Of a DNA stretch of 64,000 bases, positions 40,590 to 52,300 are shown piece after piece. Source of the DNA: Marsupella aquatica (Eukaryota; Plantae; Marchantiophyta); assembly GCA_973895155.1 (NCBI GenBank), contig OZ316891.1, positions 32,251,208 to 32,315,207 of the forward strand, given 5' to 3'. The notes below the pieces were generated by a model. That model did not search any database, had not been told where the DNA came from, and worked only from the letters and a program-made list of their open reading frames with translations. Position 1 is the stretch's first letter. Each line of letters begins with the position of its first letter. The position numbers were made by a program, and so were the translations under genes.

Positions 40590-42482
40590 TGTAGTTTGCC
40601 ATAGAGAACCAAAAATCACATTTTAAAGTCTCCAAACTCGGTATTCGTTCCCTTTAAGAACAAGATGGGGTTGGTTTGATGTAATAAACTAAAAACAAAG
40701 CTTTAAGCTCTTGTGTCACACATAGTAATCAATCTTGACTACTTTAAACAGGTACTTTGAAGATCGCTCCACAGCGGTGAGTAGTTTTTGATGATAACTC
40801 AACATCAGATAACCTTCAATTAAGCAAAAGATTGCAATTAACAAAACACAAGGAAAAATCTCTCAGAGTATGCTTAAGGGAGTCTGGAATAGACCAAGGT
40901 TACTCCTTAGACATAAGTAATAATGGAATGACTTTAAAGGGAATCCAAATCCACACGGCTTTTCAGATCTAAACTGCATACTAGAGTATCCTTTTAAAAT
41001 GCCGGCAACATGTCTTGACCTTTCTTCCTAAGTGATACTTAGTCAAGATCTAAAAGGATAAATACTTCAGCATTTAGATGGTACTAAGCAACATGAAGGT
41101 GAAAACATCATTTCCAATGTAACTTAAACTCAATGAGTTAACTCTAAGAACTTGTGAGATTACAATGTGTCACCAAAGCGGAATCTGACATTATAATTCA
41201 CGAGATTCATAACTGAGGTTTTACTTCAAGTATTTGGGTTCCAAAATACAAGAAGGAGGTAAGTCTCTCCAAATGTTAAACCTGATCTCGAACTCATAGA
41301 TTCATGATCAACTAGTTTAACACAAGGGAGAGGCAAAACTGCAAAACTTAACCATCTCTCTACACTAGGGGAAGAGGTATAAATAGTGATGAACTACAGA
41401 ATAAGAGGTCACAGGGTCGAAGAGACATGCCTCTTCATAACTCTCAAAAAGTCAAAACGACGATTCAATAAGTGGAAAGCCGGAAAAAATGGCTAAGTAT
41501 GAACTCTTAAACTCTTAAAAACTTAAACTCTTAAAAACGTAAAAACTTAAACTCTTAAACTCTTAAAAACTTAAACTCTTAAAAACGTAAAAACTTAAAC
41601 TCTTAAACTCTTAATTTCGGTATACTAAAAATTGAGTAGATTCAACTATTTTTAACTTTCTACTCCTGGTTCGGAAAACTCTGAAATTTTTCCAGCAGGG
41701 TTTCCTAGGTACAGACTACAGCCTAAAGAAGTCTCATAGCTTTTAAAGCTCTACAACACATTTAGAAAAATTGGTAAAAGTACTATACTTTTCAATACTA
41801 GCTAAAAATATAGTCTCCTTCAAGCTTGTTGTCGAATATCATCGGGTTCGAGCAGTTCCACGTAGGTGACAGTCCGATTCTGTGTTACCTCCATCAGCTC
41901 AGTCTGACGTGGTGATCCTCGAGAGTAGGGTAGGCACCTTAGTTGTCTCTCAGGATACATCAAAGGCATTCGCTTCATCAAATAACAGGAATCTATACGA
42001 AGAGCTTCTCTGTATATCCCTAGTACATCATAGTTGTTGCAGGTGGCAGCATATACTTGGGGATAGTGATGCAGAAACTCATCACTATTCATCATCCTGG
42101 AATAGAAGGGTCGAAGTCTCCATTTGACATCTCTGAAATACCGGTTGAAGCTGGGCAGAGTTTGAGAGGTAAGGTGGAAGAGAAGTCAGTAATGAGCGCC
42201 TATGTCTTGCATTCCTTCCCTTTCAAGGTGAGCTCTTCATCCGTTGTGGAGTCCCGTTGAACTAGTTGTAAGATGTCACGATCACAGAGTCGCCAAATCT
42301 TAAGGTGTAACTCGTAAAGCAGTGAACTAGTAAACTCGTAAACTGAGTTTACTCGTAACTTAGGAACTTAGTAACTTTGAATGCTGTTTTAGTTACAGTT
42401 AGCAATAATTGCAGTCTAAACACCGTAAAAAATTTAAAAATTTTCAGTTTCTTCATGCTTTTGGAATTACCCACTACTTACA
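40590..42482 (-). mobile_element. Solo LTR family A (1893 bp)
   Basis: TGTAG...TTACA termini. TSD CACCA at 40585-40589 and 42483-42487. Confidence 0.93.
41820..42095 (-). CDS. Small LTR-A-encoded ORF (91 aa)
   Basis: Third copy of the conserved ORF. Confidence 0.55.
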   Translation of the reverse strand: MMNSDEFLHHYPQVYAATCNNYDVLGIYREALRIDSCYLMKRMPLMYPERQLRCLPYSRGSPRQTELMEVTQNRTVTYVELLEPDDIRQQA

Positions 42483-43144
42483 CACCATTTTCCTTCTCCT
42501 TACCAGTAGTGTAATAGGTCTTCTGGGCTATCCTAGTTAGTCTATCCTTTGACATGAAAGGATTGTAGCACAATTGACTCACAAGAGTGGACTTGTAGAT
42601 AGTCCTTCCCTCATAAGTTACACTAGACACTACTGACCGGGGTGTCTGCACATCAGTTAAGTCTGCTTGAACTCCAGCCAAGACATGCCTTACTTCATGT
42701 CCTAGTGTCTCCATCTCACAAAATGGGTTAGTGTCCACCTCAATCAAACAATCATCAACTGTTAGTGGCTCAATACAATCCTGACTGTCCAGAGTGTCCC
42801 ATGAATCAATCCAATTGAGATCTTCTTCAGGATCTTCAAACTCTAGAAAATCTCCAATTGGGGGCTCAGGTCTAGGGCCTATAGTAGATTGATGCTCAAC
42901 TGTGTCTTCAGCATCATCACATAACACAGCCTCTTTCATGACACTTGTATCCGGCCAAGTCTCTGCCTCCACCTCCCAAGGATGAACCCACCATCATCTT
43001 TTTGCTGTTGGCAAAGAACTCCTTGGTGACATGTTCAGCTTGCACAACAAATCCTTTGCTTCCTACAAACCTTCCTTTAGAGCATCAACAACCAGCTCAT
43101 TAGTTTGAATTGCAGAGTAATCAAATAAATTTGGAGCTTGTTCT

Positions 43145-46100
43145 TGTCACGTCGTAGGCTTCGGCCTTAACTCAGACTTCAGCTTAGACGGGCACATCCC
43201 TCGTAAATCTGAGGGTTCGGGCAGGAAGGGAAGCACGTAATGCACCTTATTCTCGTAAACTAGCGCTAAGTGCGCATACTGCTAAATACGAACACCTCCT
43301 AGGTATGGTTTGTGTTCCGCCGCCAGAACGTACCTTAGTCGATAGCAGGATCGACCCCGGCTTAAGGGCTTCTAAGCCTTCGTGCTGTCCGCCTTCGATC
43401 CGGATTCGATGATACAGGTCCTCAACCCGTGCTCGCAACCACTTACCCGCAGGCTGCACCCTGTGCACGTCTCGGGTAGTGCGTTCGGCCTGGCGCTACC
43501 ACCCATATACGAGAAACCCACACACATATGCGCACACATGCATACAATCTCGATTTACATGAAGGAAAATGATGGGAAAGGATTTTACTACAAAGGGAAC
43601 ATATGCATACACTTAGTTGACACGACAGCCCTGGAATGCACAGGTTCAAGGCCGAGGGTGCACACTACAACGGAGCCCGGCTCTGCACTCGCCCGGCGAG
43701 CTTAGTCCTACCCCCTCCCCTTGGTACTCTGTCATTCCCAGAGGTCGGGACTCCCCGCATGTCCCGCGGATGTCCGACTCTGAAACTAAAAACCCCCCCT
43801 GCCTCTACCGAGGGGTGCACTAAATACTAAGAGCCGAGGAACGGGGTGTCCTCACGCTGAAGATTCGCTGACTAAGGTCCTAACTAAGCTGACAGTCAGG
43901 CCGGAAAACGGCTGTGTCTTATTAGAAGATCCTAATTTACGCAGGCTGGATAGCAGGGCAGCGCTGCTGTACCTAAGGCAGGTGCCTGTCCCAAGAGCCT
44001 GACTAAGCCAATCCTAATCCTAATCTATTCCTACTCCGCCGCTAATGCCTGGCACGCTTGCCAGAGCTGCCCAAATGGGAACGGCCATCCCGCTGCCTTC
44101 GAAGCCTGTCATTGTCCGCTTTGAGGAGCTGGACCTGGTCCAGCAGAGATTCGTTCTCTCGCCTCGCCGCGTCCGTCTCCTCTGCTGCCTCCTGACATGC
44201 CTCCTCCAGCTGCTGGGCGTCGCTCATCAGTTTACCCGCCAGCTGGTCCTGCTTCTCGGCCTCGGTTTGGAGCCGCGCCATCTCGACCTGCAGCGTGGCT
44301 ATCTCCGTCGCATCCCGTTGGGCTCGCTCCTCGGCCTCCTCCAGGTCTTTCTGCCAGGTGACAGCTTGTTTCTTCAAACTGTCAATCTGGTTCCGGAGTC
44401 GTGTAATCTCGGCCTCGTTCCCAGCTTTGGCCTGTTCGGCTAGGGCGGTAAGAGCGTACGCCTTTGCTAACAACTCATCGGCGGCTGCAACCTTGGGTCG
44501 TAGTTGCAGAAGCTCAGCCTCTTGAGCCGCCACTTCGTTCTTTAGGTACACGGACTCCACCCGGTACCGCTCTATCCTCTGAAGGGCCTCCGACTGGGCC
44601 CGACCTGCCTTTACGGCGGCAACCAACTCCTGATTGAAGAAACAGGCTACCTTCCGGGCCATGAACTCCCCGGTATCCCGGGCAATTTGGTGAGAGAAAT
44701 CTCCCAGAAGCCCGTTCAGAAATGTACCCTGTACGAAGAGTTCCGGGTGGTCCAAGTTGTGCCTGTCCGGATTTGGGCACGGGCAGACATCAACACGCGC
44801 AGGGGCCGGGGCAGTGACGTCCAGCCCTGGGGACATAACGTTGGAAGGGGCTGGAGTGTCCTCCTGCAGCGATGTCCGGTTCTCCGGAATTGCCACCGGC
44901 GGGTCCTTGGGAGACCCGGGTTCGGGTAAGACCTCTGCCGTACCAACTTCTGTACTTAGCCCGGCTAGTTGGGTTGCATCAACGGTTGCGACGACCGACC
45001 CCTCCGGCGCCTCCTCGGTTACGATTACAGCTATTTGTGGAGGTGGGGTGGGTGAAGCTGGCGTGTCCACTGGACTTCGGGCCTCGGGTTGGGGCCGTCT
45101 CTCCAATGCCGGAAAAACCCACCTAGCTGGGACCAGCTTTGTAACGTTGATGCGGGGAAGGGTTCGTCGATCAAACCGGGCGTACCACTCAAGAATGATT
45201 TCGATGTGGCTAGCGAAATACGCCTTCCCGCCAATGTACAGCGTCTTCCTTCGCCGCTCCATCTCTTCATGGAATTTCTTAGCGAAGTACGACGCCCATT
45301 TCCTAGGTCGATAGTTCTTGACCTGGATAACCTGGGCGGCGGAGATCTCCCCCCGGGGTTCCATCATGTGGAGAGCGTACCTCTGGAACTCTAGCCGCTC
45401 AGCTATCTCGGGCATGAGGCAGGTCCTCATCACGAACCCGTTGTCTACTGATCCCTCTGAGGGAAAACTTGAAGATTGGTACTTGGCCCCCTTGCCCCCG
45501 GGAGCCCGTGATTCGACTCGATGGTCACCTTCGGGTAACCCGAAGATCATCTTGAGCCGTTCTTCTGTGAGGGACATATTCCTTCCCCGCAGCCGAGTCT
45601 GTTGACGTACGTCGTCATAATTCTTGACGAATTCTGTCATGTCCTCCCCGTAGTACCTGCAAGTGTTCCAGGGGAGAGAGGCGAGGTGCTCAAATCCCTG
45701 AGTCTTCAGGTACACCGCATGCTTGGGATGGAGGATGTTGCTGTGAACGTTTTCCCCCATGCGATGCATCGTCACCTTGGCTACGGCTACCGTGGCCAAC
45801 GGTAACCCGGATGCAGTGGCGGATTCCTTCCTCTTCTTTCCCCGTGACTGACTCGGGGAAGGTGATACTTCCCCATCCTCCTGATCGGGCCTGGGGAGTG
45901 CCACTGCGGTTGGTAACGGGCCCGGGGCGGCCACGGTCACCATGTTGTCTGCTAGGGCCGCTCCTGGGGTCAGAGCAGGGGGTGGGGACGATATAGTGTC
46001 GGCCCCCCGAGCGCTTGTTCCTCTGGGCCGCCTGGTCAAGGGTGGGGTAGCCTCGTCGTCATCGCTAAGATCCACAGCGTTGATGACGGAGCATACCTGT

Positions 46101-47156
46101 GCTGGCTGGGTGATAGGTGGTGGGGTTTGGCTAGGCTGCGGCTGAGGCTGAGGCTGAGGCTGAGGCTGAAGCTGAGGTTGCATGGGCACGGGTACGGGTA
46201 CGGGCCCGGCTGAGTTGGTCATGTTGGTTGATGGCCGAGTTCCCATGAAGCTCTGCAGGTGCTGGTAGAAGTTCTCCGAAGCGAGTGCGGACGCCCTTGT
46301 CGAACGGTTGGTACTGGACTCGCCGTTAATGACAGCCCGAACCTGGGCAGGGATGTGGTCGAAGTGATGTCGCTGCAGGTCGATTGTACCCGGGATATTG
46401 AAGACCTCGTCCGGAAGCCGAAGCAATGCTTCCCAGAACCCGATATATTTGTCTCCGTTGAAGAAGTACCTAGATACCTCAGCTGGTCGGTAAAGCTCGC
46501 TCTGAGATGGGTAGTCAAAGTTAAGGACGTAGTGGTGTCGTCCTGCTAGGCGGATGGCTCTCTCGTATTCGCGTTCGATCTCGTATCGGCGCGGGTTGGC
46601 GTGTTTCAATGAATCGGCCAAGTGCCTTCCGGTAGATAGGAACTGCGTCCAGAATCGAATGGCCGAGCTGGAGAGGATCGTGTGCGACATTCAGAGGAGA
46701 TAGTAGTGGCGACCTAGAGAGAACGAGAGAGCTGGGGTCGAAGCTGGCGCGCGGACTGATGGACTGGTGCACTACAAAGGGTTGGCTCTCCTTTTATACT
46801 TTGAGGGCTTGTCGATCCCCGACGTCTCCTCGACGCCCATAGGTTGAACCGCTCACGCTTGTGGTGTACCGGCCACTCCGCCGGTCTGAGTCAGCGTGCG
46901 TCAGTGGCCGCTTCCTTAAGTTCGTTATACGGACCCGAGGGAGGGGCCCCTCCACGCTCGTAACCCGGGTGTGCGAATAGCGACCCGCCGCCAGCCCGAA
47001 CCTGAAGTCCCCCTTATTGCCTAATGATGTCCTACCCCTAATGATTACCTAAATACTGTCGTTATGCTAATAATAGCGGCCTAAGACCTACCTAACGCGC
47101 GTGCCGAGCGCAGTTAGACTGAATCACTCATTAACCGCCGTACCGGCGGCGTCACA
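43145..47156 (-). mobile_element. Solo LTR family B (4012 bp)
   Basis: TG..CA termini. TSD GTTCT at 43140-43144 and 47157-47161. Start matches the post-PPT sequence (39566) and end matches the pre-PBS sequence (17959). Confidence 0.95.
44042..46690 (-). CDS. Intact 882-aa LTR-encoded protein (N-terminal helical region, PQ tract, PMD/plant-transposon-like core, Pro-rich linker, coiled coil, basic C-terminus)
   Basis: Uninterrupted ATG-to-TAG ORF in LTR sense orientation. Homologues in four other LTR copies. Confidence 0.88.
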   Translation of the reverse strand: MSHTILSSSAIRFWTQFLSTGRHLADSLKHANPRRYEIEREYERAIRLAGRHHYVLNFDYPSQSELYRPAEVSRYFFNGDKYIGFWEALLRLPDEVFNIPGTIDLQRHHFDHIPAQVRAVINGESSTNRSTRASALASENFYQHLQSFMGTRPSTNMTNSAGPVPVPVPMQPQLQPQPQPQPQPQPSQTPPPITQPAQVCSVINAVDLSDDDEATPPLTRRPRGTSARGADTISSPPPALTPGAALADNMVTVAAPGPLPTAVALPRPDQEDGEVSPSPSQSRGKKRKESATASGLPLATVAVAKVTMHRMGENVHSNILHPKHAVYLKTQGFEHLASLPWNTCRYYGEDMTEFVKNYDDVRQQTRLRGRNMSLTEERLKMIFGLPEGDHRVESRAPGGKGAKYQSSSFPSEGSVDNGFVMRTCLMPEIAERLEFQRYALHMMEPRGEISAAQVIQVKNYRPRKWASYFAKKFHEEMERRRKTLYIGGKAYFASHIEIILEWYARFDRRTLPRINVTKLVPARWVFPALERRPQPEARSPVDTPASPTPPPQIAVIVTEEAPEGSVVATVDATQLAGLSTEVGTAEVLPEPGSPKDPPVAIPENRTSLQEDTPAPSNVMSPGLDVTAPAPARVDVCPCPNPDRHNLDHPELFVQGTFLNGLLGDFSHQIARDTGEFMARKVACFFNQELVAAVKAGRAQSEALQRIERYRVESVYLKNEVAAQEAELLQLRPKVAAADELLAKAYALTALAEQAKAGNEAEITRLRNQIDSLKKQAVTWQKDLEEAEERAQRDATEIATLQVEMARLQTEAEKQDQLAGKLMSDAQQLEEACQEAAEETDAARRENESLLDQVQLLKADNDRLRRQRDGRSHLGSSGKRARH

Positions 47157-48843
47157 GTTCTCCTTCATCTAGAGGATGTAAAGTTGCCCAAACATGATCT
47201 TGTTTATCATGGGATTGACGTATCTTCAATCCCTCTAGTCCATACTCTAATCCAGCTAGTCGATTCAGTCCCACTGCACTGTCTAGTAGAGATCCAAAGT
47301 CATAATTTCTCTCATGGCCACTCATGCCACCTACCTTGCTGAAAAATATCTCACAACAATCTGATCCCAACAAGTGAAATGGAACTTGCAAATATGGGAA
47401 CTTGTCCCGAAAGGCACATGTCACACCATTCTGAGTAGTGTAGTAGTATATCGTGCTATTAGAGTATGTATGTTTGGTATGAGTGCTATTGGAGCCGATA
47501 AGGTTCCGTCAGGTTTGTGTGAGAGGGTACTTCTCACTTGTGAAGCATTGAAAGGTCATCTTTCAATGTTGAGCCTTGGAGAGAGAGGAGCTTGAGTGTG
47601 GCTATGGTGGCTGTGAGCTCCGCTTGTGTAACATGGATTCCTTGAGTAGTGCAAGGTGCGTTGGCTTGACATACGTGTGTGATCGGATCGATGCGGGATT
47701 GATGGGGTATTGTTGACCGGGATCGTTGTGCCGATTGTATTGAGATTACATTGAAAGATCAGATGCAAACTCTGTTGTGCGGACTGTGCAAACAGAAGTT
47801 CATTTTGGATTGATCGAGCTGGTGATGGTTTGTGGAAATCGTTTCAATCTGTTGCGTGGATCCGTGGTATCTCGGATCTCATTGAGTAGATCGTTAGTCC
47901 TTCAATCTGCTGCAGTTTGTGTTGGCGAATGCTATTTTGAGGAAAGAGATCACAGATCATTGAAGATTGCAGATCGCTCATTGTGTCATCGGATCTGGGC
48001 ACATAACGCTGCTGTTGTAGCCGAGTTTGAATGTTGGTTTTCGTGGAGGAAAGCATTCCGCGAATGTTGGCAGATCGTCGGACAGTGGAAGTCATCTGCG
48101 AGGCTTCAGATCTGATTTTCGACTACTGTGATAAGGCACAAGTGAAGCGGCGATCTGCCGATGCTCCGCGCGGTTATGTGGAAGGGCCAATCCGCGCGAA
48201 GTTGCTGCAACTCGCGGATCCGAGCGACAGGGCGCCGACTGCTCGCAGCTGATCCGCAACTCCCGACTGTCCGTCGTTCTGTGAAGGGAAACTGAGAGAC
48301 GGAAATCTGAATGTTGCCGAAACTCGATTCGGTGTAGCGAAGCGTTGCGGGCGTGAAGGGCTCACTCTTTGGCTCATCTCGGCGTTTGAGGCTTCGAGGC
48401 AACTCGTGGCTATTCTGGGCCGTGAGCGCGAGGGGAGGCACGAGGTCGAGCGCGAGGAGGTCACCCATCCCGGGGCTATTCCCAGCCGCAAGCGCTTAAC
48501 TGGCAAGTTCTCATCCCACCTTGTGTACACACAAGCTTTGACAACTTGTTGTTTAGATTCAAGCGCCAGGGGGCTTTATACACTTCCCGGTTTGTTTAGA
48601 GGCCTATTCTAGGCCAAATCAAAGGTTGTTTCAGGGTTTTTGATACTTCTGAGTCCATCTAGACTCACATATTGAACCAATTTTGCCTTGGTTCTCATCT
48701 ACAACATTGGAGTGCCATTGTGAAGCCTATTATGAAGGCTCTTCCTTGAACCTTATGCACATTGTCATATTGATTTGCATTTGCTTTTGTGTGGAGAGTT
48801 GAATGATCAGCCTATTCATTAAAAGTGTATTATTATTTGATTT

Positions 48844-49146
48844 ATGTACATTTGGGCAATGAAAAGTGTACTTTTGGGCTTAGAAAAGTGTACATTTGGG
48901 GATAAAAAAGTGTACAATTGGTCTAAAGAGTGTATATTTGGGCAATGAAAAGTGTACATTTGAGCATCAAAATATGTACATTTGGCTTAAAAAGTGTACA
49001 TTTTAGTACATTTGGCCTAGAAAGTGTACATTTGAGTGAAAAAGGATACATTTGGCTTAAAAAGTGTACATTTCAGTGCATTTAGTCTAGAAAGTGTAGC
49101 TTTGAGTGCAACAAAGAGTACATTTGGCCTAAAAAGTGTACATTTT
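48844..49146 (+). repeat. Left subterminal repeats AAAAGTGTACATTT
   Basis: About a dozen spaced copies. The motif overlaps the inner TIR sequence. Confidence 0.85.
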
Positions 49147-49366
49147 CCTGAAAACTTTTATTGTAATCATTTAAAATAAAGAAATTAATAAAAAATATTT
49201 TTAATTATGCAGAAAAAATAAACATTCATATTCATAATAATCAAAAGTTTAGAAAATGAGTAGATAGTCTACTAAGTAACTAAACACTCAATGGCATGGT
49301 CTCACAATATATATAATTCTTACATAAAAACTAGTAACTATCTAATTATACCTTAGCTAGTGACAA

Positions 49367-52300
49367 CTAAGTGTACTTGTCCATCCTTTGGAGATAACTT
49401 TGGACAGTTTGTAGAACATTTCGAGGAATCTTCAAACCTCTGCCAACCATGTTTTCTTCCTTCATTCCAGATTTAAAACCATACATTGCAGAATTTGCAT
49501 ACTGCCAATGTTGAGTGTTCTCACCAAATCCTGGATCTCGTTCCCATGTCTTGGTGGACATGAAACAATTGAGATACCTAGCACTCTCACTCACATCAAG
49601 TTTAGAGTGTTTAGGCCTCCACCATTCCACGGGGAACATTGGAGCATATTGTTGAGTCAAAGGAGGGTCTCTTGAAGATGCAATTGGGACTTCATGCTTA
49701 GGGTCCACCTGACCCAAAGCTCTCACCAACCAGAAATGACCTCCACCATTTTTCTTCTCCCAATCATCCTCGGGTCGAAGAAACACAAAGTTTCCTTCAC
49801 AAATATCCTGGAGGGGAATCCACCGTCCTTGTTCTCTCTCAGCTCGAGATCCAACAAATGGTGCTGCTTGATCTTCCATCTCTTCCAAGACTTCATTTTG
49901 AAGAGCTGTCATCTCTGCAGTCTCCTCATCTTCACTTAGAGGACCACTCTGTTTGCATGCCGATTGGTTGACCTTGTAACCAGTGCCGTGGTTAGTCTTA
50001 GGCCAAAATCCATTTTTCAATGGAAATTGATTATTTCCCTCCCCTTCCATTGCAAGCCCATTTGACAACAGCTCCACAATTCTTTCCCAATATTTAACAA
50101 GAGGAAATCTTTCCTTGTATGCTATTGAAGTCTCATCAATGCAACTCCTTCTCAAAAAATCAAGGTACTTGTTAAGGAATGGGATTATCTCTTCTGATTT
50201 TTTGTGTATCTCTCCTATGGATTTAGCTAAGGGTTGTCCACTGGGTAAAAGAAGAGAATTTGTTATTGGATCAGTTTCCCAAATGCACCTTCCGCCAACG
50301 GGAGCCCAAGCTTGCTTAACATGGGACTTATACTGAAATATTGGTACATTATCTCTCATAGAGAAAAGAAATGATACCGGTTTTGAGTGACCTTGAATAT
50401 CTTTGACCTTAAAACTTTGAAGATATTCTTTGTAAGATGCAACTTCTTGTATCAATCTTGGAACTGGATGAATGCTCTCACATTCCCAAACCTCTGCCAT
50501 TAGTGCAAGAAGGGTTGCAACTTCCTTGTGCTGAACTTGATATGATACCTTGGAAAATAGTGCATCAACATCTTCGTGCGTATGACCAACCATTAGAAAG
50601 GACATTTGAACAGTTTCAAATATTCCTCTACTCACAAGCTCCGAGCAAAATGCCATGACCGTTTGGTTTTTGTTGTCCTTTGCTGAATTATCCATTTGCA
50701 ATGTTAGGTGCCTTGGCAAGGGCATGAACAACGGACTGCCCTTCTCACCACCCACGTCCCCTCCATCATCCTCATCCTGTCGGGTTGTGATGGTCTCAGT
50801 CTGACTGTCGGTAGCTCCATCTTCAGAACCAATATACCTATTTACTTGAATATTCTTTGGTTCCAAATATCCCGACAAAAATGCATCAAAGTCAAGTAGG
50901 GCTTGAAAGAAAGGTTTGTGAGGTTCCCAATGCAAGCCATCAAGCATGTCACCTGTCTTGTCTCCATTGTACTCTTCAAGATCTCGAAGACATTTAGCCA
51001 AGGATGTCATTGTGAAATCTGCATCTCCTGGCCAAAGGCCAGTGACACTAAAGTGTGCATATACTCCTGGATCTCTCCCGTGGGTCAACATCCCCGTGAG
51101 AGCGATAGGTAGCGACATTCCATGACCCAAAAGTGATTTAGGAGTACTAACCATTTTTGGAATCCATGTCTTTGCTTGATCCATCTTGTCGTGAATAATG
51201 CAAAGATATTCTCCTGGATGTTGCTTGGCCATCACTCGATGAGCGTAGTAAACATATCTACGTGACATTTGCTCACAAAGATGTTGAGCTCTTCTTTCTT
51301 CAATTTCAGCACGTTCTTTTTTCCTTCTCTCTCGCATCAAACTGTCTTTGTATTCACAACAAAGCGTACACTTGGCAAATGCGCCATCCTTGTGAAAACT
51401 GAAGTTTGCAAATGATGTGCTCCATATCTTGTAGAGAGTGTTATCCGTAACAGGAGGAAGCCCTTCTTCCTTCATCTTTGTTCTCACATCTTCCAAAATC
51501 TCTAACTTTTTGTAACACGCTAGAAGTTGATACTCAATGCTGTCTGTCCCATGAGCCCCTCCATAAGGCATATGAGGCATTGGCTCTGCATTTTGAGTCA
51601 AAAATGCCTCTAGAAGAGCTCGCGCATGCAAGGTATTTGACCTTGTTTTCTTCAAGCCTGTGTTCCCATGGAACCCAATTTTGCAACCCTCCATGTATCT
51701 TCTCTTGTAATCATAATACTTGGTGTGACTAAAACCATGGATGGTTGCAAATGCATCTTTACAGATGACCATACCTTTGAGAACATGGTGTCCCTTATCA
51801 CGAACATCATCCTCTCTGTAGTGGAAGAGGTTGAAAATGTGTGATGTTTTGGACTCGCTAGACATCCCATGAAATTCCATCCTAACATCTTCTATATCTT
51901 CCCTTGGCATAATGAGACAACATTTATGCTTGCAGCAATTTACTCTTTTGATCTCATCGATTGCGGCTTCTATTGTTTTTGAAACTGCCTTGGTTTGCAA
52001 GAGCCTCCTTTTCTTCTCAACAGGATCAACTTGATTCCTCTTGTTGAAGTTATATGGCCTTTGACGACATCCGGATACGGATCCAACCACATGATCCGGA
52101 TTCAGATCATCCCTATCCATTGACTCCATATTCTCTGTACCTTCTACCAGAATGTCTGACAAAAATTTTCCAGTTGCTACTAGTTTTGTGTGATCAATTC
52201 GCCACCGAACCAAACTAATTACTCCCTTGTTAATGCTTGGAAAGTATTGCGATTCCATGACATCTTTCACAGCAACCCCTACATAGTCTTCTCCCAAGAT

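Larger units (their letters stand above)
40443..47418 (-). pseudogene. C-terminal remnant of a DDE DNA transposase (possibly P-element-like), split by two solo LTRs
   Basis: Pieces 47162-47418, 42483-43144 and 40443-40589 read on across the TSDs. Motif LLGSDCCEIFFSKVGG resembles the QD.LE.FFS catalytic-Glu region of P/THAP9-type transposases. Confidence 0.5.

Noticed and set aside
487-45605. Numerous antisense/shadow ORFs over gag and the LTR ORFs (e.g. 487-900, 32462-32989, 44757-45314)
   Set aside because: Expected by-products of GC-rich coding sequence on the opposite strand; no independent motifs.
44042-46690. env gene
   Set aside because: No signal peptide or transmembrane segment evident; the protein is hydrophilic with a coiled coil and basic tail.
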